A stretch of DNA of 64,000 bases from an uncultured Planctomycetota bacterium (GTDB taxonomy: Bacteria > Planctomycetota > Planctomycetia > Isosphaerales > Isosphaeraceae). A program made the translations under genes and the position numbers. This document shows, in pieces, positions 22,567 through 32,395 of the stretch. Each line of letters starts with the position of its first letter. Within the stretch, counting starts at the first letter, position 1. The notes below the pieces were generated by a model. It made no database searches. It had not been told where the DNA came from and saw only the letters and a list, made by a program, of their open reading frames with translations. The DNA is taken from NCBI GenBank assembly GCA_963823665.1, contig CAWGMQ010000006.1, positions 160,001-224,000 of the forward strand, written 5' to 3'.

Positions 22567-22804
22567 CCACGCCTCCTGATTCCGAAGGGCCGCGGTAACA
22601 AATGTTCCGCTCCGCACCGTCTGCGCAGTCGAATCCGTAGAATCGCCAGCTTCATCCTTTTCGGCACGCTTGCTCCATTCTCTTGAACTCTCTCTCGCCG
22701 TTTCCTCCACTAGCCGATTGACCATCGCCCCGTTCTCGACTAAAGGGAATGTCGATCCCATCAAATCCCGCCACGACGGTCGGCCCCCAGGACAGCGTAA
22801 CATC

Positions 22805-23657
22805 ATGCAGCTCATCAAGTTCACCACCGACGATTCACCCACGCCCTGCACCGGCCTCAAATCGGGCGATACCGTCACCCCGATCGGATCCGATCCTCAA
22901 TGCTTGACTGAAATCTTGCATGCGCGTGATTGCGCCGAGGAGATCAAACGTCGGACTGCGGCGGCGACTCGTACCTATTCGCTGGAGTCGGTTCATTTGC
23001 TGGCGCCTCTGGATGCTCAGGAGGTGTGGGGAGCGGGAGTGACTTACGAGCGGAGCAAGGTCGCTCGCGAGCAGGAGTCGGAGCAAGCGGCGACGTTTTA
23101 CGATCGGGTTTACCGCGCAGCTCGGCCCGAGTTGTTCTTCAAGGCGACCCCGAGCCGGGTCGCCGGCCCTGGCCAGCCGATCCGGGTGCGCCGCGACAGC
23201 CGCTGGTGCGTGCCCGAGCCCGAGCTGGTGCTGGTTCTGAGCCCCGCGCTCGAGATCGTCGGCTTCACGATCGGCAACGATGTGAGTGCCCGAGACATCG
23301 AAGGTGAGAACCCGCTCTACCTGCCTCAGGCGAAGGTTTATGACGCGTGTTGCGCCCTGGGCCCCGCGATCACACTGGTTAGGGCGATGCCCGCCCGCGA
23401 ATCGATCGGCATCAAGATGGAAATCGAGCGCGACTCGGCTGTCGCATTTCGAGGCGGAGACCAGCATCGCGAGGATGGCCCGCCGGTTCGAGGACCTGAT
23501 TGAATGGCTCGGCAGAGACAATATCTTCCCCTCCGGAGTCTTTCTTTTGACGGGAACGGGAATCGTCCCGCCCGATGATTTCACGCTCTGCGCCGGTGAC
23601 GTCGTACGCATCACGATCGACGGCATCGGTACCCTGGTGAACCCGGTTGTCCAGTAG
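22805..23657 (+). CDS. Fumarylacetoacetate hydrolase family (2-keto-3-deoxy-pentonate dehydratase-like), frameshift near 23455
   Basis: EVWGAGVTY, RPELFFKAT, VPEPEL, GNDVSARDIEGENPLYLPQAK, TGTGIVPP. Confidence 0.88.
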
Positions 23658-23689
23658 CATTCCTCCCCCCTTGTGGCTGGCCTGTCGAA

Positions 23690-23867
23690 AACTTGAAGAA
23701 TAAGGAGCGGAGATTTCCCGCCGCGAATGTTGCGCAAGCTTCCCCCCTTCAGAAGGGGCGGGCCAGGGTGGCCCATTGAGAACTTGCAGAGTAAGGAGCG
23801 GAGATTTCCCGCCGCGAATGTTGCGCCAAGCTTCCCCCCCTTTAGAAGGGGAGGCCAGGGGGGGTCC
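23690..23867. repeat. Tandem duplication of about 90 bp containing CCCCCCTT-AGAAGGGG palindromes
   Basis: TAAGGAGCGGAGATTTCCCGCCGCGAATGTTGCGC...CCCCCCTT(C/T)AGAAGGGG occurs twice, from 23701 and 23792. Confidence 0.9.
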
Positions 23868-23905
23868 GTCCCGGCGGCCGCATACTGAGAGTCGCTCGAC
23901 CGCAC

Positions 23906-24004
23906 CACTCCGACTCCTGCTCTTGCTCTTACTCCTACTCTTGCTCATCCTCCGCCCTCCGGGCTCTCAGTTCTTCGAATTTCGTACTTCGAGCTTCGGA
24001 TTTC
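23906..24004. repeat. Degenerate hexamer (CTCTTG/CTCCTA) and heptamer (TTCGnnn) microsatellites
   Basis: ctcctgctcttgctcttactcctactcttgctc; ttcgaat ttcgtac ttcgagc ttcggat ttcg. Confidence 0.75.
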
Positions 24005-24286
24005 GTCCCCAAGTTCGTTTTGTACATTCGTCGCGCGTCCTTTCCCAGCAAGGATTAAGGGAACAGCCCGTGTGCACTCCGTCCCCCTCGTTGGGGACTT
24101 GCCGCGTTCGGCGGCGGCGGCGGCGCACCGACGAGAAGCCGCCAACCTCGCCGCAGGCCGTCAGTTCGTTTTGTTGATTTGACGATGCTCTCTTGACTGT
24201 AAGGAGTAAGGGAGCGCACGGTCATCGCCGTCAGCGTGCCTGGGAGTGTCCGCGTGCCGGTTCTGTGCATTGACGCAGTTGGTCTC

Positions 24287-24412
24287 CTTTGCGCCGTTCC
24301 GCCTTTGTGTGAACTCATCTTCGACTTTCATCTCAAAAGTCCGGCTCGGCCGAGTCATTCCCTTAACCGGGCTCCGCTTCTTTGCGCCCTTGCGCCTTTG
24401 CGTGAGCTCATC
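24287..24412. repeat. Two copies of a CTTTGCGCC...GCCTTTG.GTGA repeat
   Basis: ctttgcgccgttccgcctttgtgtgaactc and ctttgcgcccttgcgcctttgcgtgagctc. Confidence 0.7.
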
Positions 24413-25089
24413 TCTGCCAAGGCGGTCCGAATCTCCTCGAAACCAGCCCGAAAAACCAGTCCCCAAACATAGTGAACAACCCCAGCGAAAAAAAATGGCA
24501 ATCTTGAGTGACCATTGCCAAGATTGTTTGGCGCCTCCGAAAGAATGCATTGTTCTTGTCCTAGTCGATTACGCTCATTGCACTTGTAGAGAATAAGCGC
24601 CGTCCGAATCGCTCCCCACACGCCTGGAAAAAATGGCAAAAAGTGGCAATCCTACGAGGGTCTTCAAGCATTTGTACACTAGTGTATTCCTCCCCCTTTG
24701 TGGGGATGGTGCCAGTCGACGATGGACGGCCGGTGCGCGGAAGCCCGCGGAGACAACCTCCAGGGACACCGAGCCCGTCAACCAATCCAGATCCAAATTC
24801 AAAAACCAAAACACAGCTCCAGAATTGCTCCGCCCCAGAGACCCGCATGCCACACGCACTGGGCTCCCCTGGGGCATAACTTCCCCCTACGGAAATGATC
24901 TACAAAACCCCCGTCTTTTTTGCACTGCCTCGAAAAGAATTCCCGCTTTTCCATCAACCCCGGTCCGAATAAACGTGTCGTACCGCACAGCGCGAAAAAA
25001 CGGGCGCGCAAGCCGCAGCATTCCTCCCGCCCCGGTGGGGAGGTGCCGCCTAGGGCGCCGAAGACGGGCTCGCATGTGAGCCATGCGAT

Positions 25090-25186
25090 GGGCGCGATTC
25101 TCCGACCCGCGCGTTGGGCGCGGGTCTCCGACCCCGCGTTCGGCGCGGGTCTCCGACCCCGCCCTGCCTTCGACCGAAGGTCTCCA
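25090..25186. repeat. Tandem GGCGCGGGTCTCCGACCCCGC palindromic repeats (3 copies)
   Basis: About 25-bp period, followed by CGACCGAAGGTCTCC. Confidence 0.8.
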
Positions 25187-26838
25187 CTTCTTCGCCCGCT
25201 GTCGCCAGCACCGATTACCGTCCTCCGTCCTCCGCCCTCCGCCCTGATTCCTGCCCTCGGCGTTTACGCCCACGACACACGCATCGCACTTCCCAAATAA
25301 GCAGAAGTGAATGAGACAAAATGAGACGAAATGAGACGCCTGACCCAAAATCCGTCTCATTTTGACTGCCGTTTCGGGCCTCGTCCCACGGCTCGTAAAA
25401 ACACTCTTCGGCAGCATGGAAGTGCTAAGAAACAAAGAGGATAACGCCACCAATCCCGCTCGACGATCGCGCGGTCCGCCGGGTGAAAACCCATCCTCAG
25501 CGTCGGCCAGGGCCGTCTCACGCCCGTCTCCGCTCGAAAACGCACGGAATCCCGTCGCGCCAAGCTCGCCCATTCCAGACGCAATCCGACCCCTTCTTTC
25601 CCACTCCAAGCGGCTGTTGAGCACGCGCGCAGGACGCGCAGCATACGCAAGAATGAACAAATGAATCATTCCCCGGTTCCAGAGGGCGAGAGAGAAGAAG
25701 AGAAATAAGAAAATGAGGACGAAACGAACGAGGTGGTTGTCAATGCCCCGCGCCGACTCCGGTGTCAGCGATCGAGACTCAGATACATAGATTATATGAC
25801 GAACCCCGTGAATTGGCTCGTTTGTCGATCGGGAAATCTGGATTTCTCCTGCGGGTCAGAGCGACTACAACGATCAGCACGATCGCAATGAATAAACGGG
25901 AAAGCTCCGAGCACGGAGTCTGGCAGAAACTGGCGTTCCCAATCGCCCGGCAATCGAGGGCGAAGCTCGGCCTGATCTTGCCAGGTGACACCCGTGAGCC
26001 GCCTTCGGCCCGCTTGCCTCCTTCAACCGATGTCGCCCAGAGCCTGATCTCCGTGCCCGCGCGCCGCCCTGATTTCCATCCTCCGCCCTCCATCCTCCGT
26101 CCTCCGCCCTAGCTGCCATCCTCCCGCCGCACCCGCGGCGGCCACCCGCGCGGGAATTGCCCCATCCGTTCGGTGCGACCTCCTGAACGACATCGCTCCC
26201 GGAGAAACCATGCGGAAACAGCCGGTCAAATTCCTCGACGAGGAGCGCTTCAGGGTAAGAATTGAAGTCTGAATCGAGCATTGATTGACGACCTCGCAGA
26301 CAACTCGACGATACGCGTCAATCGCGACTCCTCGATAGACTTCACCATCGACGTGAAGGTTCACCACCGTGACCAGCGAATCCCGTGTCCAGAACCGCCG
26401 CAACCACCTTTTGAATCGACTTAGGGCGGACGGTTACCCGCCCAACCATCGCCGACCCATCTTCACGACGGCATACCGCCGAGCTCATCGATCACTTCAG
26501 CGATCGCCGGTCGCTGGCTCGGATCGAGCCGGATGCATCGCACGATTAGCTCCAGCCAGGACGAGAAAAACCGATCGCGCACCAACAGCTCGTGCGGATC
26601 TTCCTGGCCTATCGGCGGCGCTCAAAGTTCGAAACCGTCGGTCTTCGCAGCTTCGCGCAAATGTTCCAGCCACGATCGGTCGGGGTCGCATCACAACAAA
26701 AGCGGCGGCGGCGCAGACTTGTGGCCCAGAACCTCGTGAACGGTGAAGCAAAGCCAATCTCGAAAAGTACCGTGCGCTGACATCGTTGGCCCGATTCTGA
26801 CCGACCCTCCCGTGGGAGTCTTTCGCTTGAGCGCTCAC

Positions 26839-27465
26839 CTACAACCCCGCCGCCTTCGCCAAAGCCAGCATCTCCTCGAGCATCGACCTCAAGTAAGGGC
26901 ACTTCGCGACCGCTATCGCCGGATCAAGCTGTGTGATCAGGCCTTTCCCGTCAGTTACCTTCTTGTAATTCTTCTTCAAGCGCCGTTTGTAAATCGCATC
27001 TAAGAGTTTTGCCGGTGGCTTGACAAAATTGACTTGCTCGGGCTTGGCGATTTTTCCAGGAAGTGCTTCTTTCACTTCGGTCGCGAAAATCTCCGGCTGA
27101 CTGAGCAACCAGGCCTCGAATTCGTGCACAGCGAAGAACATCCGAAACCTCGGCCGGCCAACCTGCTCCTGAAAATGCTGAACACCCCATTCGTATCGCT
27201 CTTGAGCAGAGCCCACGTTGCTCGGATAGAACGTCGGACCATACAGGTCGAGAAGCCCGATTACGGCGACGATGTCTGTTTGATCCGGCCCGTCCAGGAA
27301 GCTCTGAGCCTTTCGAACAAGCTTGCGAGCCAGTTCAGCCCAACCGTCGAACCGCACCACCTGCATTCCCACGCGCTGCGTGAGTTGCGGATCCAGCCAA
27401 CGTTTGAGAAACGCTGCCGCGGCTTGCTTCTCCGTCTCGCCTTCAACCACCAGGACAAACTTCAT
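26839..27465 (-). CDS. DUF4276 family (TOPRIM-like) protein
   Basis: VVEGETE, LLDLY, VHEFEAWLL, YKKVTDG, KCP motifs; ATGA-coupled to ATPase. Confidence 0.85.
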   Translation of the reverse strand: MKFVLVVEGETEKQAAAAFLKRWLDPQLTQRVGMQVVRFDGWAELARKLVRKAQSFLDGPDQTDIVAVIGLLDLYGPTFYPSNVGSAQERYEWGVQHFQEQVGRPRFRMFFAVHEFEAWLLSQPEIFATEVKEALPGKIAKPEQVNFVKPPAKLLDAIYKRRLKKNYKKVTDGKGLITQLDPAIAVAKCPYLRSMLEEMLALAKAAGL

Positions 27466-28658
27466 TTCATCGCTTCCAGTTCACTCGAACGGTACAGTTC
27501 GCCGAGCGTATAGTCCTTCAGCCAGTACGAGAGAGTTTCACCCGAAACGACTCGCAGAACTGTTTCTCCATCCTGACGTTCCACGACAGTCGTGGTCGGC
27601 GGGTCGTCGCCAAATGCGTTAAGGAACTCAGGTGAATGTGTCGTCAGGATCACCTGAGCCTTCGTCGCGGCCTCGCGTGCATACTCCGCGACGATGGGCA
27701 GCATCGACGGGTGCAGCCCCGTCTCGGGCTCGTCAATCGCAATCAGGGGCGCCGGCGACGGATTGGCCAGCACGGCGAGCAAGAAAAGAAACCGCAACGT
27801 GCCGTCCGACAGGTCGGCGGCGGACTGTTCACGTTTCAGGCTTCGCCAGCGAATCCGCATCTGGATTCGCTGATCTGCGGCCGGTGGAAATACCAGCTTG
27901 TCGAAGTCATCCCCGAACGCTGCCCGCATCGCCTTATTGACCTCGTTTTCAAACTCGCGATCGCTCGTGTAGAGGCTGTGCAGGACGGAGACCAAGTTCT
28001 GGCCGTCGGCGCTCACTTCGGTCTCTGCGCGCGTCACCTGCGGTGCCCGGACCTGCGCGTCGCGATGAGTTTGAAAACCCTGGTGAATCTTCCAATCCGC
28101 CAGTTCCTGCTGGAACGCAGCCACGGACCGGTTCGCCGTGAACGGTCCTGCGGCCATGGAGAGCAGCGTTTCCTCTTCGGGTACGGATTCCGGCGGAGCC
28201 ACGAACTTTTGCGAGTCCATTGAGTACACAATCGCATGTTGCGGATCGCGCTGCAGGAACAAGAACGGGTGCAGGTTAGCACGCGTTTCCACGAAGAAGA
28301 AGTTTCCAAGAATCTCCTCATCGATCCGATACGCACTCGAAGTGCCGAGTCGCCCGAGCGTCAGTTCATATGTCACAGCCTCCTTCTCTTCGTCGGTATA
28401 CGGTGGAATCGGAGTCAGTTTCGCGCGCAGCCGTACCCGATCTACCTGGCCGTCCCACAAAATCGGGTCCATGCCACCTTCCTGCTGAACGTAACGCCCG
28501 AGTCCTCCACGCGCGGCTACGCTGAGCGTCTCGAGGACGCGCAGCAGATTCGACTTGCCGCTCGCGTTCGGCCCGATCAGGACATTCAAGTCACCAGGGC
28601 ACCACGTCTGCGATTTGAGCGACCGAAAGCCATCGACTACCAATTTGATGATCTTCAT
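27462..28658 (-). CDS. ABC-type (AAA_21/AAA_15) ATPase
   Basis: GFRSL, GPNASGKSN, LSDGT signature, IDEPETGLHP, LTTHSP. Confidence 0.92.
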   Translation of the reverse strand: MKIIKLVVDGFRSLKSQTWCPGDLNVLIGPNASGKSNLLRVLETLSVAARGGLGRYVQQEGGMDPILWDGQVDRVRLRAKLTPIPPYTDEEKEAVTYELTLGRLGTSSAYRIDEEILGNFFFVETRANLHPFLFLQRDPQHAIVYSMDSQKFVAPPESVPEEETLLSMAAGPFTANRSVAAFQQELADWKIHQGFQTHRDAQVRAPQVTRAETEVSADGQNLVSVLHSLYTSDREFENEVNKAMRAAFGDDFDKLVFPPAADQRIQMRIRWRSLKREQSAADLSDGTLRFLFLLAVLANPSPAPLIAIDEPETGLHPSMLPIVAEYAREAATKAQVILTTHSPEFLNAFGDDPPTTTVVERQDGETVLRVVSGETLSYWLKDYTLGELYRSSELEAMK

Positions 28659-28840
28659 CCTACGTCTCCGTTACCCGGCCCGCAAAGCGTAGAGCACGTT
28701 CTACGGCGACACGAATTCGGGACGATGAGCCCCCTCGCCGGATAAACGGCGATGTCGATCTGTCCGCAGCCAACGCCGGCATTGCGAAGGAACGCAACCA
28801 ACGTGTTCAGTCCAGCATTCTCGATAGTGCCAAGCTGCAT
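28655..28840 (-). pseudogene. Possible N-terminal remnant of a PLD-family nuclease gene
   Basis: MQLGTIENAGLNTLVAFLRN...QIDIAV resembles PLD-domain N-termini, then degenerates; no HKD motif. Confidence 0.3.
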
Positions 28841-29063
28841 AGTTCGACGGCGACGCATCCCCTCCTCAACAGTGCGCACCCGCACTTCCTACGAGTCTAT
28901 TCTCTCCGTGGAATCGTTCAAAGGCCACTGCAACGGCGGTTTGGCTCGTTTTTCACTTCAACCCCCTCCTTCAGGAGCGTCTCGACCGCCTCGTCGAGCT
29001 GCGGCCCTTGAATGTCCTTGTATCGGACGACACCCTTGCGGTCGGAAAAAGGTGCCACGAAAC

Positions 29064-29079
29064 AAAGGTGTCAGGAACC
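29064..29079 (+). repeat. 16-bp direct repeat, left copy (AAAGGTGTCAGGAACC)
   Basis: Identical to 32715-32730. Confidence 0.9.
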
Positions 29080-29230
29080 TTTCTCGAAGCCCTGGGTTTC
29101 GACGAGAGCACAAGGAATTCTCTCGACGACCAAAGGCCGACACTGCGAACTGCATCGCCAACAGCGTTCGGCGATCTGGCTAACGACCGCTCACGACAGC
29201 GGCTCCGCGTTCCATCAGTACGATGTCCCG

Positions 29231-30781
29231 TCAACTGGACTCTTCACGGGGCCGAGCGGCCGCGGATCGAAGTTCGTGGGCTATGGCCACGTACTCCGAA
29301 ATCAACTCCAGCAACGGCTCCGTTCTTGCAGTCAGCAGGGCCGCCTCCTCCTTGGTGTCGATGTTGATGACGCCATACTCGCGGAACGAGTCCCCACTTA
29401 CCAGCGCTGGGACAACCGGAACGGGGACGGAGACGAACTGCACGTACGGACTTGCACGCTTTGGACCGGCCGCGTCCTGATAAAGGTCGCTAAGCGCGAG
29501 CTTTTCGCCGGCGGTCTTGGAAATGACGTCGGCGGACTTCAGCCCGCGCGACAGGAGGGGGTCTGCCTTCGGGTCGGTCGCCAGCAGTGCGTCCCGCACG
29601 CGGTCGTATTTCTTCAGCTTGCGCAGCCGATCGAAATCACACCTGCGGTCCTTGTCATGCGGCCAAGCCAGCAACCGGCCCTCAAGCAGCGCCCACGCGG
29701 CTACCGTTTGCGGGTAGCTGAACATCGAGTGTGCTGCCGATCGCGGCGCCAACATCCGATGGCGCAAGACCCGTCGGGGACCGCCAACGACCAGGGAGGC
29801 GAAGCTCACGCGAATCTGCCGGCCTGGGAAAACCTGGGTCTTGAGATAAACCGCGATGTCGTCCATGAACTCGTCCAGCTCCGTTACACTCCGGAGGGCC
29901 TGGAGGCGCGCCCGCACGTCCGTGGTTGACACCTGAACCGGCCCAGGTGCTGGGATCGACTCCAGGTATTTGGGCAGGTCGGTATACTCCTTTCCGTACG
30001 AGACTGGTTCGATTCCGAGCCGCCGCAACACGACGTGCTGCTCAGCCGACGGCGTCCCGTTCATCAGGAAGAAGTGGGCGGCAGAATTCTCGAGCAGCGG
30101 CCCGGCCACTCGAGAGAATTCCGCCAGAAGTGTGGACAGATGGGGGTCACTCACCCCGTCAAGGCTACACCCGACGAACAGCAGCACCCCGCTGTGAAAC
30201 ATGGATCGGACCACGGTCTCCTTGTCCGGTGCGGACAGCTTGATCCGCGCGTAATCATCGCCTGACAGGATAACCGATTTCGGCCAATCGTACCGCCCAT
30301 GCAAGTGGATGATTCCCGACCCCGTCCGCAGGACTTCCAACATTTGTTTGGGGTCCAGCCAGGTGGCCAGCTCGGCGTCAGGGATCACTGCCTGGTCCCT
30401 CAGGATCAGGTCGCAATTGGTAGTCAATATGATTCGGGAATCCAGGCCGCGGATAGCGGCGATCAGCCCGGTATCATTAACTGTCGGTGACCCAAGACAG
30501 GTCTGCAGAAACACCTCGTAGTCCTGTCCCTCCGCACCACCCAGGGCCTGCTGCAATTTCGTGAAGCCTAGCACGAGTTCTCCGGTTTCGTGCAAGACAT
30601 TGAGTGCCTTCAGGCTTTGCTCGGTGGTCCCCGGTCGCCTTGCAAGGAACTCGATTCCTTTCTTCAGGAGGCCGTTCCAGTCAGGCAAGTCACTCACCGC
30701 CCGGGACACACCCGCGCCAACGAGGGGCACGAGGTTCCGGTTCTGCCAGGCCTTGCGGATGCGGGGATCGACGATTGGCAT
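29231..30781 (-). CDS. SIR2-like (SIR2_2) NADase-fold protein with C-terminal GAF-like domain
   Basis: LVGAGVS...LPDW, LTTNCD, IHLHG, LFVGCS..SDP; C-terminal YVQFVSVPVP...YGVINID GAF-like pattern. Confidence 0.85.
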   Translation of the reverse strand: MPIVDPRIRKAWQNRNLVPLVGAGVSRAVSDLPDWNGLLKKGIEFLARRPGTTEQSLKALNVLHETGELVLGFTKLQQALGGAEGQDYEVFLQTCLGSPTVNDTGLIAAIRGLDSRIILTTNCDLILRDQAVIPDAELATWLDPKQMLEVLRTGSGIIHLHGRYDWPKSVILSGDDYARIKLSAPDKETVVRSMFHSGVLLFVGCSLDGVSDPHLSTLLAEFSRVAGPLLENSAAHFFLMNGTPSAEQHVVLRRLGIEPVSYGKEYTDLPKYLESIPAPGPVQVSTTDVRARLQALRSVTELDEFMDDIAVYLKTQVFPGRQIRVSFASLVVGGPRRVLRHRMLAPRSAAHSMFSYPQTVAAWALLEGRLLAWPHDKDRRCDFDRLRKLKKYDRVRDALLATDPKADPLLSRGLKSADVISKTAGEKLALSDLYQDAAGPKRASPYVQFVSVPVPVVPALVSGDSFREYGVINIDTKEEAALLTARTEPLLELISEYVAIAHELRSAAARPREESS

Positions 30782-30847
30782 AGACCACCAGCCATTTCAT
30801 CTTGACCAACGGACCGCACCCGTCCCGATCGGGGTGCGGCTGCCGGT

Positions 30848-31354
30848 TTACTTCACCTGCTGTTTTACCCACCGCCGCGTCTCTGCCGGGGTGCGCAGCC
30901 GGACCACTCTGAAGTGAGGGTTTCCACTACCCGCAAGCAAGGACTCGTACTGGATGCGCCGCGGCCGATGCGATCGGAGAGCCCACCGCAGGACTGACCG
31001 CGGTCCGAGGACGCGGCGCAAGGTTTCCCGGTTGCCGTTGGAGAATGTTTCCCCTGTGCACAGCCGGCGGATCGTCCTGCGAAGGACCCGTCGGAGCACG
31101 ACGGGGAGTGAGTAGTCCATCCACAGGACCAGGTTCGCACGGGCCAGGATGGTATCCTGGACGATGGAGTAGTTGCCGTCGACCACCCATCGGTCGACAC
31201 CCGTCTGATCGTCAACGCGTGCCCGGAACTGCGCGTCGGGCACCTCGACCCAGTTCGGTTCGTACCGCAGGGCGTCCAACTCGATGTGGCGCAGTCCAAG
31301 GCGGCCGGACAGTAGCCGTGCGAGGGTCGTTTTGCCGCACCCAGTTGGACCCAC
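30848..31354 (-). CDS. P-loop nucleotide kinase (adenylate-kinase/FlaR-like); true start probably further upstream
   Basis: RIAIVGPTGCGKTT, HIELD, WVVDGNY, LWMD, GNRE motifs. Confidence 0.85.
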   Translation of the reverse strand: MGPTGCGKTTLARLLSGRLGLRHIELDALRYEPNWVEVPDAQFRARVDDQTGVDRWVVDGNYSIVQDTILARANLVLWMDYSLPVVLRRVLRRTIRRLCTGETFSNGNRETLRRVLGPRSVLRWALRSHRPRRIQYESLLAGSGNPHFRVVRLRTPAETRRWVKQQVK

Positions 31355-31444
31355 GATGGCGATGCGCGAGTTGCTGGACTGATCATGAATTCCCGAGCGT
31401 ATATGGACTGCCTCCGCCCCGTCCGCACTCGTATCGGTTCGTCG

Positions 31445-32395
31445 CTACGCCAGCGGGGAGGGCGTCGGCGGCCAGCGCCACATGATCTCCTCAATGTGCG
31501 CGAACGGCAGACTGTCGACAAGGGCTCGCAGTCGGTCATAGTATTCGCGCTGGGTGAGCCCTGCCGCGGAGGACCCGGCGGCGGCAACAATGTCATTGTA
31601 CTTCCCTTCGATGGCCAGGAACGGTTTCAGGGCCGACAACAACTCCGACGACCAATCGTCGCCGAGCCCGGCGAACGCTTCGCGGATGTCGACGGCCCGG
31701 TCCGGGCTCGGGTATCGGCCCAGCCGTCCCAGGACGCGGCGCATGAGGTGAATCGGGAAGCTCTCCGCCTGGGAAAGGAGACTTAACTGATCAGCGGTCA
31801 GCGAGCCGTCTGCGGCCAGTTCGAGTGTGTTGAACGGTTCCTGCGCCCACCGCGCACCTATGGTCGAGACGTATTTCAGAATATCGTCTTTTCGGACAAT
31901 CGGGTCGTCCTGGACCGCTGAGAGGAACCGCTGATGAAACTCACGCCAGGGATCACCCTTGCGGACCGCCAGGCTCCCGACGTGGTCGGAGAACCGGAGG
32001 AGCATCGACGGCGACGTCTCGCCCGGGTTGCCACCCGCCGTGACCGGCATGTTGGACAGAGCCGGAACCGCCTCTGGACTGTCGGTTGTGAGGTCCGAAC
32101 CAATCGTGATGACCTCGGCCCGGGGTACCAGGAACTTCTCCTGAGTACGAACCGAGTATTCCTGAACGATCGACTGCACGGTCTCACTGATGTCAGGGAA
32201 CTCCGCCGTCCTGTAGTGCAGGATGTCGATGTCGCTCAGCCAGGTTTGGCTGTCCCAAGCAGTCGAACCACATAGGACGGCGACCCCGGCCCGGAATGGT
32301 GCCGAATTGGCCACCTTGCCGGCGAGCCAGCGAAAGTCCGTCATTGGAATGCGCGTGCCGTTCGTCAGTTCAACATAGTCTAAGAATCGTGGCAT
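31445..32395 (-). CDS. Pol-beta superfamily nucleotidyltransferase with helical C-terminal domain
   Basis: VLCGSTAW-x6-SDIDI fits hGS...DhD; candidate third acid in RAEVI. Confidence 0.7.
   Translation of the reverse strand: MPRFLDYVELTNGTRIPMTDFRWLAGKVANSAPFRAGVAVLCGSTAWDSQTWLSDIDILHYRTAEFPDISETVQSIVQEYSVRTQEKFLVPRAEVITIGSDLTTDSPEAVPALSNMPVTAGGNPGETSPSMLLRFSDHVGSLAVRKGDPWREFHQRFLSAVQDDPIVRKDDILKYVSTIGARWAQEPFNTLELAADGSLTADQLSLLSQAESFPIHLMRRVLGRLGRYPSPDRAVDIREAFAGLGDDWSSELLSALKPFLAIEGKYNDIVAAAGSSAAGLTQREYYDRLRALVDSLPFAHIEEIMWRWPPTPSPLA

Noticed and set aside
22805..23657. Programmed frameshifting in the split genes
   Set aside because: No slippery-site/stimulator pattern; too many unrelated genes are affected.
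23690..25190. Possible CRISPR array
   Set aside because: Only 2-3 copies per repeat, no unique regular spacers and no cas genes.
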